DNA of 64,000 bases from Promethearchaeota archaeon (GTDB taxonomy: Archaea; Asgardarchaeota; Lokiarchaeia; Sigyniarchaeales; SOKP01), in NCBI GenBank assembly GCA_029838195.1, contig JALGVJ010000001.1:192001-256000 (forward strand), written 5' to 3'. Under the pieces are notes generated by a model. The model was not told the DNA's origin, made no database searches, and saw only the letters and a program-made list of their open reading frames with translations. Below, in pieces: positions 59,468-64,000 of the stretch. Position 1 is the first letter of the stretch; every line of letters begins with the position of its first letter. The position numbers and the translations under genes are program-made.

Positions 59468-59608
59468 ATGCAGTTTAAAAAAAATAAAAAAGATGAAGAA
59501 GAGCAGTTAATAATAGAACGGGAATATTGGGAACGCTTTAGAAATGTGGAGAAAAAGAAGAAAATCCATGAACGGTATCAAGAATTAGAAAAATTAATAA
59601 ATTCTTAA
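59468..59608 (+). CDS. Possible small charged helical protein (46 aa), missing from the ORF track
   Basis: MQFKKNKKDEEEQLIIEREYWERFRNVEKKKKIHERYQELEKLINS; purine-rich coding-like composition in an otherwise empty gap. Confidence 0.5.
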   Translation: MQFKKNKKDEEEQLIIEREYWERFRNVEKKKKIHERYQELEKLINS

Positions 59609-59655
59609 ATTGTCTTAAACCAGACTTTTAGTTCGCATTTCTGATTTTTAATCTT

Positions 59656-60279
59656 TTATAGGTTAATGTATTTTATTTTAAACCACGGAGTATTTTTAAC
59701 ATCAAAATTTACAAGTATTTTTGTGATAGAACCCGGGTCGATTTCTAAAGTAAAACTATTTTTTAAGGGAATTTCTAACACGCGTGTTAGAATAGAACGG
59801 ATAACCCCTCCATGGGTAATGATAAGTACGTGCTCGTGTTCTTGCTTTTTTATCAACTTCAAGAAGAAATCAGAAACGCGCTCATGAAGCTCGAGATAGG
59901 ATTCTCCATTTGGGGGGGAGATACTAACAAAATCCTCCATCCATTTATTTACTTCTTCAGCGTCCAATTCATCCCAGTTTTTCAATTCCCATTTTCCAAA
60001 ATTAAGCTCTATTAAACGAGGATCTTCGATTGGTTCGCTACGTGAAAGAGCTCTCGCAAGCACCCGACATCTTTTTAAGGGACTTGAATATATAGCAGTG
60101 TTCTTAGTTATTTTTACCTGTTTATTAATTTTTTTAACTATTTTTTTATAATCGTCTGAAGGTTCTACATCAGATTGGCCATGAATAATGCCTTGTTCAA
60201 TTTTAACAGTTCCGTGTCTTACTAAGTAGATTTCTATACTCATGTTCGACTTTTCCCTAGGGTATTCATGTTCTTTCAT
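59656..60279 (-). CDS. cobC: Alpha-ribazole phosphatase (histidine phosphatase type)
   Basis: YLVRHG, SSPLKRC, ELNFGKWE, PPNGES, THGGVIR; last gene of the cob operon; start probably ATG 60243. Confidence 0.85.
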   Translation of the reverse strand: MKEHEYPREKSNMSIEIYLVRHGTVKIEQGIIHGQSDVEPSDDYKKIVKKINKQVKITKNTAIYSSPLKRCRVLARALSRSEPIEDPRLIELNFGKWELKNWDELDAEEVNKWMEDFVSISPPNGESYLELHERVSDFFLKLIKKQEHEHVLIITHGGVIRSILTRVLEIPLKNSFTLEIDPGSITKILVNFDVKNTPWFKIKYINL

Positions 60280-60323
60280 GGCAATGATTTAAAATAAATT
60301 TCATTTTCAGGTATTCTTTTTTC

Positions 60324-61451
60324 TTAATCTTTTTTTTTCTCGAGATCCTTAACCACGAGAGAGACGAGATAAGATTTTAAAAAAGACAAAATTTCCTCGA
60401 TTACCTCCTTTTTTCTAACCTTATTCGAATGTAAATTGAAATCCGCCCCGATGAAATTAAATAGAAATCTTATTTTTGAAAATAGTTGCTCTCTCGATAA
60501 AATATTCCATTGATACTCGTCTAACAAGTAAGGGAGTAATGAAAGGGAAGCATTGATACCTTGATATTTTTGCAAAATAGAATTTAAGATTTTTTCAAAT
60601 TGCTTTTCAGAAATTTCCTTATTTTCATTTAAGGTATTATAATATTCATGTACAACTTGAGGTGTAAGCTTATATCGTTCTAATTTTGAAAATAAATTAT
60701 TTTGCGTGCTTGAAGTTAAATTTTCTTGGAATGCAATAGCTCTTTTTACGCCTTTAATTATCACGCGTCCGATCAATTCTCCTAATTTCGAATGCTTTCC
60801 AGCATTCGTGAGAGTAATGGAAGAATCCATGTTTCCTATCAATATACATCCATCCGTGCCCGTTCCCGTTGCAATTCCCGTCGAATATTTGCTTCCGATC
60901 AGTAATTCTTGTAAAGCAACGGATTTTGCTTCCGTACAAGTAATTAATGCCCTGGTCAATGTACCGGGAGATAAACGGGCATTAATTTGTACTAACATGT
61001 TAATAGTGCCGGATATTTTTTTGCTCTCAGATAATTTTCGTTCATCAAAAGAACTTGGGTCTCCTGCTCGTGCCGCATTTCCTTTTGTCCCAGCTGTAAT
61101 AATTGCGCATGCGGAAAGCCCCTCATGACTCATGATGGTCAAAGATGCATTTTTCATGTCCGCCGTTGTACTAATGCCGGTAGTGTGGCTAGGGGAAAGC
61201 CCTAGATTTTTAGCTACTTGAATCAAGTGTTGTTCATAGGTTAGTCCTTCTAAATCATATTCGTTGTAAGTTCCCTTTTTCCCATCATAATTGTACACGT
61301 ATTTTAAATGTTCGGCATATCCGCCATTAAATATTGAAGTACTTACGACATTCCGCTTTCCGTTAAATTTTATGACAATGGCTTTAGGATAAAGATAAGG
61401 ATAAAGATAAACATCATCTCCCAGCGGCGTTTTTAAGCATCTTAGGCTCAT
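60324..61451 (-). CDS. cbiZ: Adenosylcobinamide amidohydrolase
   Basis: STS..NGG, TAG..GNA, GTIN, TEAK, ATGTGTD, GKHSKLGELIG. Confidence 0.92.
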   Translation of the reverse strand: MSLRCLKTPLGDDVYLYPYLYPKAIVIKFNGKRNVVSTSIFNGGYAEHLKYVYNYDGKKGTYNEYDLEGLTYEQHLIQVAKNLGLSPSHTTGISTTADMKNASLTIMSHEGLSACAIITAGTKGNAARAGDPSSFDERKLSESKKISGTINMLVQINARLSPGTLTRALITCTEAKSVALQELLIGSKYSTGIATGTGTDGCILIGNMDSSITLTNAGKHSKLGELIGRVIIKGVKRAIAFQENLTSSTQNNLFSKLERYKLTPQVVHEYYNTLNENKEISEKQFEKILNSILQKYQGINASLSLLPYLLDEYQWNILSREQLFSKIRFLFNFIGADFNLHSNKVRKKEVIEEILSFLKSYLVSLVVKDLEKKKD

Positions 61452-61455
61452 GGTT

Positions 61456-62115
61456 TCACTCCTTTTTTATTTTTTTCATGGCATTCATGTAATCTTTAAT
61501 CGTGTTAATATTATATAATAAATCTCTCTCTTCATTCAAATAAATTGCTTGTTCAATAGAGGGTAAACCTATATAATTTCCATCCAATAAATTAATTCCT
61601 ATGGGATATAATGAGCACGATTTACCTTCAAGTTCCATATCAATCGTGCTATAACCCGTAATTCCTTCTTTTTTTAATAAACTTTCATGAGACATGACAC
61701 TCATGGCAGGTTTATTTTTTAAAAAATATTGTTCGATGATGCGTTCTAAATATTTTGGCTTAATTAAGGGAAGATCAGCCGTGATTGTAATAATCCTTTT
61801 CAAATGTAATTTTTGCACTACATGCTTTAAATCATGATGATATCCCTTGCCGGGCGTTCGAATTATTTCAATAGGATGTCCTAAAGATATAAGAAAGGAT
61901 TCTGTTTTAGGAACATGAGGTGAAGTAGCAATAATGACCCGATTAATTGATTTCACGTTTAATACTGCTTCCATGACTCGTTCGATTAAAGTTTTTTCTC
62001 CAAATTTTAAAAGGGTTTTTTCATGATGTTCAAGCTTTAATTTTTCAAAATCAAATCTAGAACTTTTTCCACCAGCCATTATTACACCCGTGATTTCAAT
62101 CAATTTCTTCACCAT
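61456..62115 (-). CDS. cobY: Adenosylcobinamide-phosphate guanylyltransferase (archaeal type)
   Basis: MAGGKSSR, EK.LL, TPGKGY..DL, ADLP, NINT..D; operon context. Confidence 0.88.
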   Translation of the reverse strand: MVKKLIEITGVIMAGGKSSRFDFEKLKLEHHEKTLLKFGEKTLIERVMEAVLNVKSINRVIIATSPHVPKTESFLISLGHPIEIIRTPGKGYHHDLKHVVQKLHLKRIITITADLPLIKPKYLERIIEQYFLKNKPAMSVMSHESLLKKEGITGYSTIDMELEGKSCSLYPIGINLLDGNYIGLPSIEQAIYLNEERDLLYNINTIKDYMNAMKKIKKE

Positions 62116-62129
62116 GTAAGTTCACTGAA

Positions 62130-62990
62130 TTATATTAAATTTAGAGAATAAAAAATTATAATGAAGATCAAGCAAAAAAGACGCGTACATTCATTTAATG
62201 CTCCCATGCAATCTCCCGTGAAGCCCTTGAAGTTCTTGTAAGCAATTCTCATGATTAATAATAATGATAAGAAAGTACTAATGAAGGCAATGAAGAATAC
62301 GCTAAAAATAGAATAATAATTAAAAATTGAAAAGGCTTCAATTGAAATTAAAAAATTTGGTAGAACCAAAATGGTATTTGTCATGAAAGAATAGATCGAA
62401 TTCAAGATAATAGTAAGATAAATGAGCACGCATGTAAGAATGAGGGAATAAATAAATTGCATTACCGAATTTTTCTCCATGAAAGGTCGCACTATTTCTG
62501 TATCAGCAGATTTACCTAAAGAGCAAGCAGCTACCATTGAAAATTTAGCGCAGACTTCTGCTATCAATAAAGATATAATGATATGAGATTTAGAAAATGC
62601 AATAGAAAAACCAGTTAAACTCATGATGATGAATCCTAATGAAAAACCGCCGGCTCCAATCGAGACATCGTGCATTATTTTGATTTTATGTTCGGCTGTT
62701 CCCCTTGCCATGATACCGTCACCAAAATCAATCAGTCCATCCAGATGATGAGCGCCCGTGAGATAAATGAGAATCCCCAATATAATAAAGCCAACTATTG
62801 TGGCGGGTAAAAATTTAAATAGAATCAGAGCAATTATACTTCCTATTAAAGCTAGAACCCATCCAACTAGAGGAGAGAGCCAAAAAACAGCGGCAACATC
62901 TTCATAGTTATTTAATTCGACCTTCACGGGAATTCTTGTCAAAAAAAACAAATTATACTTAATTTTTTTCATTATATTGATTTTCTTCAT
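62130..62990 (-). CDS. cobS: Cobamide (adenosylcobinamide-GDP ribazoletransferase) synthase
   Basis: FLTRIP, PLVG, H.DGL.DF.DG, IM.D..IGA.G, GFTGDC.GA..E. Confidence 0.93.
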   Translation of the reverse strand: MKKINIMKKIKYNLFFLTRIPVKVELNNYEDVAAVFWLSPLVGWVLALIGSIIALILFKFLPATIVGFIILGILIYLTGAHHLDGLIDFGDGIMARGTAEHKIKIMHDVSIGAGGFSLGFIIMSLTGFSIAFSKSHIIISLLIAEVCAKFSMVAACSLGKSADTEIVRPFMEKNSVMQFIYSLILTCVLIYLTIILNSIYSFMTNTILVLPNFLISIEAFSIFNYYSIFSVFFIAFISTFLSLLLIMRIAYKNFKGFTGDCMGALNECTRLFCLIFIIIFYSLNLI

Positions 62991-62991
62991 C

Positions 62992-63999
62992 TTAGAACCC
63001 CCTGATTAAATATAAAACAAAATAACAGACTATGGTTAAAAAAAGAATGAACATGTAACTCGTGAGTTTTATTATTTTATAAGATTCTTCAATGTCAGAA
63101 ATTTCTAAAGATTTTTTTGGAGTACCAAGAACATACTTTCCAATTTTTTCTAACTGAACGCCTAATAGGCCCGCCATCGCTCCCATTGTCCAACCCGCAT
63201 TCACGCTTTCTAACGAATTACGCTCATTTTTCAACACGCGAAGGGCATTTTTTATATCTTTTCTCAATAAGAAGCCGGCACATAAAATAAAAAAGGCAGT
63301 AAGCCGAGCAGGAATGTAATTTGCGATATCATCCATTCGAGCAGAAAACCATCCAATATTGCGAAATTTTGGATTTTTATATCCTACAATGCTATCAGCG
63401 GTGTTTATCATTCGATACATGTAAGCAAGGGGAAGTCCCAATAATAATAACCATGCACTTGATACATGGAATATTTTAACCATGAGTGCAGCAAAAATGT
63501 TTCCAATAAGGTAAAACCAAAAAACACTAGTAATACTATCTGTTGAGCTCTCAGCAATGCATTCAACGGTTGCGGAAATGATATGAACTTTATCAAGAGA
63601 TGTGGTATCTCTTCTCACGATAAAAGATAAATGATGACGAGCAGAGGGTAAATCTTCATTTTTTATCCCTTGAATAATGGGTTTGGACACGTCTCCCAAG
63701 TTTTTAAGCGCAAAACTCCATTTAAAAACAAATGCACTAATTAATGAATAAATTATAATGTTGTATAAAGTATACTCCTTCCATGAAAGGAAAAAATTAT
63801 TATTAACGATCCACCAAGAACCAATCTGGATTAAAAAAAGAGGAATCCAAACAATTGCGATTGAAATTATTAAAATTACGCTTCCAAATAACTTTTGTAA
63901 CAATGGATTTTGGACCTTCATTACTAAATTTTTAAACAAGATGAAAAGATTGCCCATTAGATTAACAGGATGGTATTTTACATGAGGATCTCCAATTAT
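62992..63999 (-). CDS. cbiB: Adenosylcobinamide-phosphate synthase; 5' end runs off the window
   Basis: IV.RDT, E..AES..D, YR.INTADS.VGY, ARMDD.AN.IPARL, S.NAG; frame continues upstream as IIGDPHVKYHPV. Confidence 0.93.
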   Translation of the reverse strand: MIGDPHVKYHPVNLMGNLFILFKNLVMKVQNPLLQKLFGSVILIISIAIVWIPLFLIQIGSWWIVNNNFFLSWKEYTLYNIIIYSLISAFVFKWSFALKNLGDVSKPIIQGIKNEDLPSARHHLSFIVRRDTTSLDKVHIISATVECIAESSTDSITSVFWFYLIGNIFAALMVKIFHVSSAWLLLLGLPLAYMYRMINTADSIVGYKNPKFRNIGWFSARMDDIANYIPARLTAFFILCAGFLLRKDIKNALRVLKNERNSLESVNAGWTMGAMAGLLGVQLEKIGKYVLGTPKKSLEISDIEESYKIIKLTSYMFILFLTIVCYFVLYLIRGF

Positions 64000-64000
64000 T

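Overview
AT-rich, gene-dense archaeal chromosome segment, most likely from an Asgard archaeon (Lokiarchaeia-like). The assignment is inferred from an archaeal histone, an Sm/Lsm gene, a BHB-intron tRNA-Arg and many eukaryotic-signature-type proteins: Arf- and Rab-like GTPases, longin, roadblock and uDENN-like domains, and a RING-H2/TPR protein. Housekeeping content includes pcm, trxA, thiC/thiDN, leuB, aor, iorAB and a cobamide salvage operon (cbiB-cobS-cobY-cbiZ-cobC). I saw no CRISPR array, rRNA, integrase or transposase. Most notable: (1) a two-gene operon pairing a Cwh43/PGAP2IP-like multi-TM EEP enzyme with a 5TM-GDPD-1TM protein resembling animal GDE2/GDE3/GDE6, i.e. homologues of two eukaryotic GPI-anchor processing enzymes side by side; (2) candidate membrane-sensor/GTPase modules (uDENN-like + two 7TM paralogues + Arf-longin; two 7TM-longin fusions next to a Rab-like GTPase); (3) an orphan Dam + T:G-glycosylase + C5-methyltransferase operon, with an apparent CAYG/CRTG excess in the DNA; (4) a synonymously recoded copy of the Lsm gene's 3' end, one of three gene-3'-end duplications. 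All family assignments come from motif recognition and recalled sequences; no searches were run.
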